The notes under the pieces were generated by a model, which saw only the letters and a list, made by a program, of their open reading frames with translations, did not search any database and was not told where the DNA came from. 64,000 nt of DNA, taken from contig BFEA01000003.1 in assembly GCA_003427395.1 (NCBI GenBank), positions 9,518,876 through 9,582,875 of the forward strand, written 5' to 3'. The number at the start of each line of letters is the position of its first letter. The first letter of the stretch is position 1. Shown here piece by piece: positions 25,601 to 37,043 of the stretch. The stretch comes from Chara braunii (Eukaryota > Plantae > Charophyceae). Both the position numbers and the translations under genes were made by a program.

Positions 25601-26041
25601 CTTAGTCTTATGCCGTTGTCGCCTCAGAAAAAAAAACATGCACCTCAACTCATTAAAATAAACACCAGGATTCTGAGCCTTCCCTACCCACGGTGCCCGT
25701 CCTCCTGTTCAGAAACCCTCAAAAGAAACAGTGACTGATCCATCCTACCTAGGCAGGACCAGCCATAAAAGTAATCCATACAGCCAAGCAAACATCAATA
25801 AAACATAGCACTGGGCCCACATCCATCCGGAGGGGCTCAACCTTGGGTTGACCCGGTCAAACACATACAAAACACCTTTCTCCCTTCTTCACCCAATTCC
25901 TTTGTCTGAATTCACTCATAGATTATCTGAACTCTCATATATATTGGTTTATTTAACATTTCATAAAGCATGTCCTGACATACATAACAAAATAAAAAGT
26001 AATATCCGGTTATAGTTATATCCAGATACCCAAAGGGAATA
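22675..26041 (-). mobile_element. Family-A-related LTR (minus strand), probable solo LTR
   Basis: A U5-type end (TGTCGAACGCATCGG on +) follows ACGT at 22671-22674. The putative other end GGGAATA precedes ACGT at 26042-26045 and needs one C>T change, so that boundary is less certain. Confidence 0.55.
24846..25700. repeat. Array of ~8 hairpin units with core CGCCCTAACCCTAGGGTAC
   Basis: Units at ~24846, 24911, 24973, 25037, 25151, 25369, 25468 and 25575, with self-complementary but differing outer arms. Confidence 0.8.
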
Positions 26042-26045
26042 ACGT

Positions 26046-26654
26046 AGTTAGGGGAAGGGATCACACGTGTTAGACGAAAGTTATTTTTGAAGTTCCCTGC
26101 CTCCAGAACCCCGCCTGGGTTCCGGTAGAGCTCCCGCAATCGGTTGGCTGACCTCCCACAAGGTCTTGCTGCGGACCTACGGGTTGCAGTCCCCGTCTTC
26201 CTCTCGAACCAAAAAGACTAGACTGAGAGTGAGAAGGGCAGCGAAAGAATCATTAAGTCTCTCAGATACAAGAGAGGTGCGCTCAGACTCGCGGGACTTC
26301 AGCCCCTCAGTGCGTCGAATCACGTGCGGGTTCGATTTTGGGCGTTGACCGCGCGTGCCCCCTATGGTACAGCGAACGAGAAACGCCTTCGGCTGGGCCA
26401 CCTCTGCGATTGCATACGAAAAACCTTCGCATGTGGTTCAGTAACTCGGTGGGGATACGTCCACCTAAGGGATGGTGACAGCTCCCACAGGAGGAGGTAA
26501 GCGGTGCCTCGTGTGACCCTGTCCTGTCGTAGGGACTCGCGGGAGGTACGGCTGGCGCACTCGGCCGGAGCGGCAAACGCTCTCCGCGACAAGTCCTGCA
26601 AAATCCTGCGTGACGCGGCCGGGAGGGTCTCCGTGCGGGACCGATGCGCTCGAC
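26046..26654 (+). mobile_element. Short LTR-derived unit ending ...GATGCGCTCGACA
   Basis: ~26290-26654 is an inverted copy of 22675-23030. It is flanked by ACGT on both sides, but its left end reads AGTT rather than TGTT. Confidence 0.5.
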
Positions 26655-29600
26655 AACGTTATCGAGTGCATCGGGTCCCGCCTTTTTTGCAAAGCGCGGG
26701 AGCCCTCCTGCCATGTTACGCAGGAGTAAAGCAAAAACGAAAAAAAAGATAACTCGGGAATGACGCAAAATAATCCCGCGACCCACCGTGACAGCCGTGG
26801 TCGTGTCGTCCCTTCGTCGCTCTACCTGAGTGCGCCAGCTATACATCATGTGGTCTCCTACGACATGATAGGTTCCCGTAGGGCATAAGCTTTCCTTCCC
26901 TAAGGGGTTGACACCACCCTTAGGGGCGTATCCCTACCGAGCTATTGATCCACGTGCGAAAGTTTTTAGATGCAATTTGCAGAGGTGGGTCAGCCAATGA
27001 TATTTTGTTCGTTCGTTGTAATATAGATACTCTTGGTCAACGCCAAGCGGACCCGAGCATCGTCCATTTATAGGGCGTTGATCTCCTAGTTACGAAACAA
27101 ACGACAGTCGACTAGGACAATCTCAACTAAGTGTGAAACCCCAATTCATCCTAGTCCCTTTGGACACCAGTCAAAAGAAAATTAAAACATTCATATATAA
27201 TTATATCAAAAGGATCGACCGTAGTCGATAGAAATAAATATTCAATCTGAAATGACAATTAAAGGATCAAAATCATTATTTGATACATCCGATAACACGA
27301 GACCGAAATAAAATTTGACCACCCTGGGTCGAACTCCACAAAACAATCATACAATCGCCAACAAGGAGTTGACTACCGACAATAGCATTGATGTAGTCGA
27401 CAAGGTAATCGGTTGCCTTAGTTTTGACTTCATGAGACTCGTTGCCAAAGTTATTCATTCCAACCTATCGCCGACCTAAGATTAGACACACTCACATCCA
27501 TCTCCATACATTCCCAATCTTTTTATATGACAGTCTGCTTTGCGGATAATTCTTGATCAGGTGCATTGCTTGGAGTGTTGCATGCCTCTCCCTCTAGGAA
27601 GTGGTCTGGGGTACTCCTCCTCCTCGCCCGAGCACAAGACTCGAGTCTCAGAAGTCGGACCATCTTTATTGAATCGATAGAGTACCCCCCTGTATAACGG
27701 TCCACTCTGGGTCGATAACAGGGTCGACTCCTAAAGCAACGAACCACCGCCCCAGATGCTCCCTAGAGATAGAGGATGTGTCCACTGCACGTGACTTTCA
27801 AATATTATCAATTCTCCTAAGTTCAAAGTAACTTGGACGAAAAGAGTTCGAGGAGATAAAGAATGAGAATCATTTGGACAGCTACAAGTAGATAAGGTCG
27901 TTCGGGATAGAACGGGTAATGCTCGGGAAAAAGTTAAGTCCTTTTGACCTTATCTGTTTTATTTCAATCGAGTTCATTTCACGATATGCACTGAATTAAT
28001 AAGTCCTTTTAACAAACAGGCAGGTGAAAGGTAGGAAGAGGACAATCATTTTATTTATCTCAAATAGGCATAATCAATCTTCTTTGCAATCATCCCTCTA
28101 CCTACATGCACAACACGCAAAAACAAACAAGTTCAAGAAAAAAACAGTGCAATCCCATACTCAAGTCAGACCTCACCATTCACATGCAAACACTCATTTC
28201 CTTTGCCTTTTCAATAAACATTCGATTGAACAGGGTCAAGCAAAGTGTGGGTTCACATAGGTGTGAAGAGAAACTTGAGTCATTCTACTGGCCTTGAGTG
28301 AAGTTTGAATCGGTTCACTCAAGAAAGTCGAGTAATATGTCAATCAAAAAAAAATAATCATCGTTGAACATGAAATGTACGGCTCACAACTTCACAAGTT
28401 GTGACCTTTCTCCTGAGTCACGGTCCGCGTCCTCCACCAAGTTCCCAAGTGAGCAAGAGTCGGGTCCATTGAGAGAACTCAAGTGGAATAACCTTCCAGA
28501 AGGGTGCTCGAAAGAATAAGTCCCACGTCTTCTCAACGTCTCAGACAATCTCAACGCAGTCCCGACTGCACCACGTCCCTCAAGGATAGTTCCAAACCAA
28601 TTTGCAGATCCACACCGCCTCAACCCAATACATCCATAACCCAAGTTGGTCCCACTTGGTCCCAAGATAGTCCCAAGTAGTCATGGGCAGTCCCACACCA
28701 TCGCCTGCAACACCAGATAGTTCATAACTCAAAACCGCTCACACTGCGCACTACAAAAAAAATTAAAGGTGGCCCCGACTCAAAACTGCATGTGCCGCGT
28801 GCCCAATAATCACTATTTTGTGCACTCACTTTGCACTTTATTCATGCCACCGGTCCACGCACCACTGCCCCACAATCCCATTGTGCACCAGTGTCAGTCT
28901 AACCTCCAGGTCACATTGGAATCCACCATAACCGTTGCGTACCACCAAAAACACGGAACTACCGCTCATTGCACCGTCAAAACCACTACCACGCCACTGT
29001 ATCAAAAAAATTGACAGCACGTCCTCACTGAAGTGCCGTTGTTGCAGCCTCACGGCCGCAGCACTTTCCCTCTCAGAAAAAAGGTTGCCGCCAAGTCAAA
29101 AATTTGGTAGCGTACCCCACTGAAAATATCGTCGTCGTCGTGCCGCTGAACGGGCACGACTTCCCCACACTCACATGAAATACACAACGCCGATGCGTCC
29201 GCGCTTCGACAGCTTAACCTTACTCAAAAGGAAGTTCAGCCTGCCGCACCGCTGCAATCAGCCTAGGACAGAGCCTTGGTTGCATAAAGTGGTCCCAGGG
29301 GTAATCCCACAGGCACAACACCTGCCTAACACTGAGGCAGAATGCCCTCAGCATCGGCTATGGCTGCCCCCCTTCTCCTGCTCCAACTCTCTACCAACAA
29401 CACCTCCACCGGTAGCACCGCCCCACAGTGGCAGGCAGCCAGCATTCACTCAAGTGAATGGCCCAACTGCACTGCCACAAGTGTGAGGCTGCTGGGTGGA
29501 GTGTTAACTTTTATAGCCAGCTGAAGGCATGTGGGCAGCTACTTTGCCCACAGCCAGGCAAAATTTCGTCAGTGCTCCTGTCCCTTGATCTAAATCAACG

Positions 29601-30509
29601 GCGAGGAGCTCATTGCCTTGGTTTTCCCCTAGGGGAGCCAAGGTCATCAACCCCCAGAAGTATTGGCCGTTTTCCCAGGCCAGGTGCTTCTGGAAATGAC
29701 TGTACTAAGCCACTTTATTGTTGCCTGCTCAAAACGAACAAACGCAGTCCCATCAGCCCCTAGAACTTTCTGAGGCTGCACCTTTTCTGCAGTCGCGACC
29801 ATATTCGCGGCCATTACTAGTATTATTATTATTTATCGCTCTTTTTTTTCTCCTCTTTCCTTGTTCCCCCCTTCATTTCTCTGGAAGGGGCACCTCGTTT
29901 TTTTTTTTTTTCGAAATGAGCAGCCTCCCCTCCCCTCTAAGTCATTTCACAGAGTCGAACTAGAGTCAAGCTCAACAGGGTCTTCTTCACCCCCTTGCTG
30001 CAGCCCACGTCCGCACCCAGCCATTAAACGTTGCAAGTTTGGGCGCCCATCTGCAGCCTGTTCAGCAAAACGACCGGCGCAGGTGAGCTACCAACGACTA
30101 AGAGGGGGGGGGGGGGGGGGGGAAACATGTGGCAGAGTATATTTCAGTGTTCTCGCAGTGGATTCATTCGATTTTGCTCATCCTATTCATGGATGTACTA
30201 CAAGGCCCGGCACACGGTTGGAGACTCACCTGTTGGAGCCACGTCGCAACCGCCTTCAGGTAAGACGCTCGTCCCTTCCTCTCTCCCGCAGTAGTAGTGG
30301 TAGTAGTAGTAGTGGTGCATATTTTCATGTTCCCGCAGTGGATTCATTCGATTTTGTTCACCCCGCACGGGCTGTCAGGGTGCAGCCTCCTGATGAGTTG
30401 GTGGACGTCCGATGAATCAGCCTGATAGAGTCACTTTTTTTTTTTTTTTTTTTTTTTTTTCCCCCGTTTGTTTGAAACAAGGGCTTCAATCGACACATCC
30501 ATCCGGAAG

Positions 30510-30523
30510 CTGTCTCTTATACA
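30510..30523 (+). other. Partial Nextera/Tn5 mosaic-end adapter (assembly artefact)
   Basis: CTGTCTCTTATACA running into an N gap. Confidence 0.9.
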
Positions 30524-31826
30524 NNNNNNNNNNNNNNNNNNNNNNNNNNNNNNTTTTTTTTTTGCCCCGTTCGTTTGAAACGAACAAGTGCTTCAATCGA
30601 AACGTCAGGCACAAGGACAACAAAAAAAATCTAAACAAAATCTAAAAACAAAATCTAATAAAAAATTTAAACGAAATCTAATAAAAAAACAAAAAAACTA
30701 AAAGAACTTACCTCTGCAAAAAACAGTCGCCTATTTCCACGGGCTACTGTTTAGTGTACTGGGGCTGAAATGACTCAGTCACTTCCGATGGTGTCATGTG
30801 ACGCCTCATGTTCAACCTGGTTTTGTTTTTAGTTTTTAGTTTTTTTTTTCCCTTCGTTAATCCGTTGGCTTCGCCAACGGTCACGTTCCATCATGTCATG
30901 CCCATGACCTTTCGAAGTACAGACTTGGGTTCGTTCCTCTTCGGGATCTTTTTTTTTTTTTTTTTTTTGACCATTTCTCGATTTACGTGTATCATCCTTG
31001 AAAGTGCAGGGCTATGCTAGTCTGCGCTCGGCTGATCTCAGTCGGGTGATCTCGATGATCGCACGACCAAAATCAGTCGTGCTAAATTGCTCTACCTAAT
31101 GAGCTGCTCCAAAAGGAGCTAGCCCAGTAGACTGTGTGCACTCGGGCTTGATCCCCGTATTTGCTGGGTGAAAGTCTGGCAACGTAACCTACTGGGCTAG
31201 CTCCTATCACGATAGTGGTAAGAGCAACTCTTCTATATGAAGAGATTGCCCAGTCATTTTTCCCCTCATGTCGTGGCCTTGCAGACCCTGCCTGCCTGTG
31301 GTCCTGCTGCCTCGCCTACTCGAGGCTTTGCAGGCCCTGCGTGCCGACTCTGCCCCATGGGTTGACCGTGAGTATCAACCGCGGCAGTCCTTATCCCTTA
31401 ACAGAGCAGGCTGCTAGGTCTCTCGGCCACCGTTGTGGTTTCAACCCCCGTACAACGGTCCCTAGTAGCCTCGTAGGCTCAGAATTGCGCGGCTGCTAAG
31501 CCGCGCGTCTTTATTTTACTAGGATAAGCTCGGGTTCAATATCCTCAATGCCCCCACCTCCCTCTTTTTAACCTACTTAGGCAGCCGTGCGACATTATTA
31601 AAGGTAGAATAAGTCTAACTTTAACGTTCTCATGTCCGCACGTTTTTGCGGTTTCGACAAAAGCGAAACATTGTCGTTCACATCCGTTACTCTCGGACGC
31701 CACACGCGTCCGTACTAAAGTTCGAAAACTTTTAGTCTCTCAATCATAGGTCAGGTCTGAATAAACTTTTGGCAAACATCGGTCTCATCAAGTCCTTCAA
31801 TTCAATGAAAAAGTCGGACAGTGTCC

Positions 31827-33017
31827 TATCGTATGCTCAGACCAGCAATTAACCTCAAGGACAGAGTAGAAACGAGATGGATGCAACATTTAAATATTAG
31901 TAAGAACGACCTAAGATTAGTTCGCTGGTTCAAGGACACAAAATCAAAACTTTCTAAGATTGCCTCGCTGCAGTGGCAAATAGAACATCGATGCCTCCCC
32001 ACTAATGATTGGTTGATGAGTAGGTCCTCTCCGGAAAAGAAGGGGTTGGCTGAACCTTGGTGTAAACTCTGCAAATCAGCTTTCCCCAGTAGAAAGATCC
32101 TCGAGACCATTGAACATATTTTTCTAGCATGTCCAGGTTCCATCTGGCTATGGAGATGGTGGGCCCGTATCTGGGAACAGCTGAAAACATCACACCCTTG
32201 GTCATAGGGCTGGAAAGAGATCCTATTAGAAGTCTGGTCCCCGGATCAAATAGACACTTTCACTTTGAATCTATTCATATTGGGAAGAAGAGCAATCCTC
32301 TGGGCAATCTGACAAAGAAGATGCACCTATGAATGGGAAGAGGTTAGACTCGACGGCCCAAAATGTACTGACACCATCAAACAGCAAGCGCAGAGTGACA
32401 TCTTGGTGCAATGGGAAAAGTTAAAAGATAAATTACAGCACAACTCCCCACAAACAGATATTCTCAAAGCATTCAAATCATTTAGCAGTGACTGGCAAGA
32501 GGGGGACAAAGGGGGAAAAATTGGAGGGATCGAATGGAAAGGAGAGACAGGGGGCGAGGGAGAAAAATTAAAAAGGGACTACAGGTTATACTTTAATATC
32601 TGGTCTGAGGTAGATCCCTCCATTCCTCTTCGCCCTATGGTAGACTTCCCAAATCCCTTCCCACCATCTCCCAATGCAATGGTCCCTTTATCTTGGCATG
32701 GCCTGGAGTCCTGAGTAGATCCAGATGTCCTAATTGAGCACCTGCAAAGGAGAAGTTTGACACGGTAACGAGCTAGGTGACAAAGATCTTCTCATCTGGC
32801 GCCCTACTAAGGGTGAAGAGGCTCAAGCCTGTNCCTACTANGTACGATCAGNTTTCGCTGTGTGCACAATGGGACNCTGGACCCGTTTTCCAGCAGGTGC
32901 AGCTCCCCACCAATAGATGGAGCGACGAACAGAAAACCTTAGTAGGGAGGGATGCTCTTATCACCCTTCCTACCAGGGTTTTCAACAAGTCTTTTCCTTA
33001 ATAAAAAAAAAAAAAAA
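31827..33017 (+). mobile_element. 5'-truncated L1/Tx1-like LINE with poly(A) and TSD
   Basis: ORF2 zinc-finger C-terminus (RCLPT..WCKLC..ETIEHIFLAC), 3' UTR and poly(A). TSD AAAAAGTCGGACAGTGTCC at 31808-31826 and 33013-33031. Confidence 0.92.
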
Positions 33018-34299
33018 GTCGGACAGTGTCCGACGTTTAAAACCCCTGGCAAATACCTTTGTCAAGGTATTTGCCCCAACAACGTCCCCAACGCCCCGGC
33101 CCAGGCATGCAGACCGCAGGCACTACCTTCTTTCTTCTCTCCTCCTGCCTCATCGTAATCCCGACTATCTCGCGCGGGTGCTAAGAGCTATAAATCCTGC
33201 AAGCACGACTAAATCGCTCTCTAATCAAACTTGGGAAGGTTAGCGTGGTCAAGAGGATCGACTAACCAGTAGGAGCTGACAAAGAGGTGAGTTTGGAGTT
33301 GGGCGATCTGACGAGCTGGTTGCGAGTGTGCGGGGTTGATGTGCGGCCACGACGAACTATGGAGCACGGGGGAACCCGGCGTGCATACTCGAACTGAGCA
33401 GGGTGACGACTCTGAGTTGTTGGTAAGTGCGGGGCGACAGACCGCCTGCACCAGAACACAAAGTGGCGAGAGAGCGTGGCGCCGTGGGGTGTTAGGGTGT
33501 GTGAGACCTTCTCTCATATCCCTCTCGAAACTTTTGATTTTGGAATTGCAAGTTTCGTCGTTCCCGTTTTTGTAATTACAGATAGACATCTGATTGTGTA
33601 AATCCTTTACTTTCTTCGGAGTGCCTCTCACATTTTTTTCCTTTATGATTGATGTTGGATATGGTGATTGTTTGTGACATTGGTCGTTTCTATTTTTGCA
33701 TGCTTACTTCCAGATTATGATTCAAGAGCATGGGTGTATGTCTGGATCGGTTTGCTGAAATCAATGAGGAATAGTGAAGCTGGTCATTTTTGTTTATTGT
33801 TTGATGAAGGGAACTTATACGAGCTCGTGCATGCACTACGACTCGCCAACAACATCGCCCGTCGTGTATACACGCGTTCACATATTTCCTCCCCGTCTGG
33901 TCCAAAAGCATCAGTCTGCATGGATAGGAACAGTAGCAACAGCACGGACCCGTAGCATAGAAACTCGACATCTGTTCTCGATCGCAAGCGCATGCCCCGA
34001 CCGCTAAGGTCACGCCAAGGCTAACAACAGAAGTGCCACCCCAGGACCTGATCTAGCAGCTGGGTTTCGGACCTGCCACGCCAGGAATTCGGGAAGCCCC
34101 TCCTTCACCCGAGCATCTTGCATCTTTGTCCTTAGAATACTGACACTGGGGATCCCAGTTCCGACCTGGGACTCCACCCCCTTTTCCTAAAATCCTCGGC
34201 ACACCCCCTTTTCCGCTACTTCCAGACCCACTACCCACTCCGATCAGGAAGTCGCGCTGGGCGTGAGGTTGGGCATCACAGTGCAGGCGAACAAAGCGC

Positions 34300-34400
34300 C
34301 GCCAAAATCGTGTGCCGGACTTCCCCCCGCTGCCAAAGGTGTAGTTCTTTTTTGAAGACCGGAACAGGAGCAATGCTTAGCCTAGTGGGACTTCGGCCTT
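34300..34400. mobile_element. Orphan end of a Harbinger-type MITE
   Basis: Reverse-complement match to 36296-36380 (GAACAGGAGCAATGC...TAGTGGGAC). Confidence 0.6.
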
Positions 34401-35103
34401 CCAACTTGGCAATAAAATTTGATTTCCTCCTCCCCCCCCACACAAAGAAAAAGAAGAAATTGCCGAGTGACCAATGGGCCAGTTGGGACACCCATGAATT
34501 TTGGAAATCCAGGGGTCGGGACCACTAGAGACGTTTTACAACGACTCGCTCGCATTTTCAATCACATGCGGCCGTTCGTGACACATACAGTCTGTGGATG
34601 GAGATTGATATCCACGGCCCGCCTGTTCGTGAAACCGTGAAGTTTCGTGGCCGGGGTGTCAACCAATCTGCATCCTAGAAAAGCTTACTTCTTTTGAATT
34701 TTTAATTCGAATTCCACTGTTCATCCGTTGCAGTTTTGCCCATTTTTGAGGTAGGGAGTGATTTTGCAACGTTTCCTCGTTGCTTCCTCGTTTCTCTCAG
34801 CCTCCATGAGATCGGCAAAACAGAAACATGACCTTCAGAGGACGCAGCCCATTGGCTGACCAAAGAACCCATCCTCAAAAACTGGCTAACAGGAGAATCC
34901 AGAGAATGCTTTGCTTTCGTTAATTCACAGAAAACGAGGTTTCCCCGACAGTGTTAGCGGTATCTGCTCTTATCAGCACCCCTAGCACTACCTCAGGTTG
35001 TTCAAAAAAAAAAAAAAAAAACTCGGGAAAATCATTTTTTTTAATGTGAAAACAGTGTCACACACATTGTACAACACTGCTTGTGGGGCCCGCCCGACCC
35101 CTG

Positions 35104-35277
35104 GGGCGTGGTCCCATTAGCAAAGAGGATCGGATCGAATGCCTGAATCTGGACGTGTTTGTGGAGCGATGCAGGAAATAGAGATGGAAATAGAGAACTG
35201 CTTTTCTGCATCTCTGCATAAAACACATCCAGATTCAGGAACTTGATCCTATCCTCTTTGCCAGTGGGACCACGCTC
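35104..35277. mobile_element. PIF/Harbinger-type hairpin MITE
   Basis: TIRs GGGCGTGGTCCCATTAGCAAAGAGGAT / ATCCTCTTTGCCAGTGGGACCACGCTC. Flanks are CTG / CAG; the interior is related to 39885-40048. Confidence 0.8.
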
Positions 35278-35280
35278 CAG

Positions 35281-36003
35281 GAGCGAGATCCCACTAGCCA
35301 TGTATGTGGATTAGTGTGACTGTGTGGGACGGGTGGGGGACAGGTGGGTGGCAGCGTGAAATAGGGAAAATAAGCGCAAAAAAACATTTCATGATCAAAC
35401 AAATGAAGAAAAAACCCCTAAAAAAGAAGAAAAGTGCTCTTCTCACAGATGGTGTCTGCCTCCAGGCAGGATGTCAGATGTTAGGGTATGATTCACTGAC
35501 CATGGCTGTGGCAGTCAAGACGACTGCATGTGAGCGGGCACACGGACTATATTCATTGACAATAGTCTGAGGCTTCCTTGAAAACCCTGTTTGGTTGTTC
35601 TGACAGAAATTCTCTTTGGCAAAGGAGGGCAAGAGTATCTCCATGCACCATTTGCTGTAGGTGAGGGGATCGAACCCTCCCAAACGCCTCCCAAACACGA
35701 TTAATTTCCAGCGATGAAGCCATTTGTCTTTGCCTTCGCCGTGAATGAAACGTGCGTGATTTCATTACCCAAAAAAATTGGTCTCGATTTCACGCACGCT
35801 TGGGACTGCCACAGGACCCGCACAGTAAAAACGAAAGAAAAACCTACCAATGGGAGAGATAAAAAAAACATCCTTTTCCCGGGCTTAATTCCACAAAAAC
35901 AGGCTACCGCTGATTTTCTGCCAAATCCACGATGCCTGACAGTCACACACCTTAAACACTAATCCACATACACACCACATACATCGGTAGTGGGATCTCG
36001 CTC
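35281..36003. mobile_element. PIF/Harbinger-type MITE, CAG TSD
   Basis: Perfect TIR GAGCGAGATCCCACTA, with CAG on both sides. Confidence 0.88.
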
Positions 36004-36022
36004 CAGGCCTGAGCTCGAATTG

Positions 36023-36057
<35 letters not shown>

Positions 36058-36295
36058 CAAAACAACCCGAGAGGGTGCGCTCGAATTGAGTTAGTATTCC
36101 CNAAAAAAAAAAAAAAAAAAAAAAAAAGAATTGAGTTAGTAGGAGGGCGTTGAATGAATTTCGGAATTACATTTGGTCGCGGTCAGTCCCACGATGAGAT
36201 CCCAAGGCTGTCCCTCTTTCTGAAAAGAAAGGAAAAAAGAAATTGCCGACAGCACAGCAACTGGAAGAGCGTAAGCACCGGTCCGAGGGACACCG

Positions 36296-37043
36296 GGGCC
36301 AGGTCCCACTAGCATTGCTCCTGTTCCTGTCTTCAAAAAAGAACTAGGTTGCGATGGTGGGGGGCGTTGCACGGCCTTATTTTCTCCGTGGGACAAAAAG
36401 ATATTCCAGCTGCGTAGCGTGCTTACAGTTCTTCCACATGGAGTACAAAATAATAATTAAAAAAAAAAAATGCAGAGGAAGCTGCCCCCGTCGTCGCTGG
36501 GTATGGGGCATGAATTAATGGGCTCAGCTGCACTGAGCTTGACATTCACAAAAGACAAAAATTCACAAAATATATGGAAGTGCATCTTTCCATGTTCTTG
36601 TGAGAGTTCATTGTCGAATTCCACCTTTGGAGAGCAGTGCAGAGAGGCCCCATGGGGAAGGCTTTCCTTTCTAATCCCTTTCTCGAACATACCATGGCCA
36701 TCTGGTGATGCAGGGTTTTTGCCGTCTCTCTTTTTGGTTTTGGTTCATCACTGCCGTATCTGAAATGGGACTGGCGGTCCCCCTCTCTAGCTTGACGTGC
36801 ACCGCCCCAGAGAGGAGGACTCACAGACCACCTTAGACAAAAAAAGAAGGTGAACATGTGCACTGCCCCAAAATGGGGAAGCGCCAACTTCACAACCTGC
36901 CTCAATAAGCCAACCTTGTGAAAATGAAGAGAATGGCCTTCAAGTTGCCCTATGATCCATGGAAATCGTCCGTGGCAAGGAGTGTCACACAACAGTGAGG
37001 TCCCCATTACCCGAACAGGAGCAATTCTAGTGGGACTTGGCCC
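36296..37043. mobile_element. PIF/Harbinger-type MITE
   Basis: TIRs GGGCCAGGTCCCACTAGCATTGCTCCTGTTC / GAACAGGAGCAATTCTAGTGGGACTTGGCCC. The TSD is ambiguous (CNG-like). Confidence 0.82.

Larger units (their letters stand above)
26659..33081 (-). mobile_element. Family-A-related giant solo LTR (~5.2 kb net) with ACGT TSD
   Basis: The minus-strand start TGTTGGGGCAAATACCTTGACAAAGGTATTTGCC matches 12893 onward, and the other end matches 4740-5243. ACGT lies at 26655-26658 and 33082-33085. Confidence 0.8.
22633..34280 (+). mobile_element. Family-B solo LTR (~1.24 kb net) split by nested insertions 22675-33085
   Basis: TG...CA termini with a perfect 5-bp TSD GTGCA (22628-22632, 34281-34285). Its 3' end matches 830-931, and there is a TATAAA at ~33189. 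Confidence 0.6.

Noticed and set aside
24846-25700. CRISPR-like repeat/spacer array
   Set aside because: Spacer lengths are irregular, the repeats are not identical, there are no cas genes, and the context is a eukaryotic TE. Kept as a hairpin array instead.
34960-34976. GTATCTGCTCTTATCAG, similar to the U2 snRNA branch-pairing region
   Set aside because: The match is only ~17 nt, no other U2 sequence is present, and it is explained as the LINE hairpin-3 loop.
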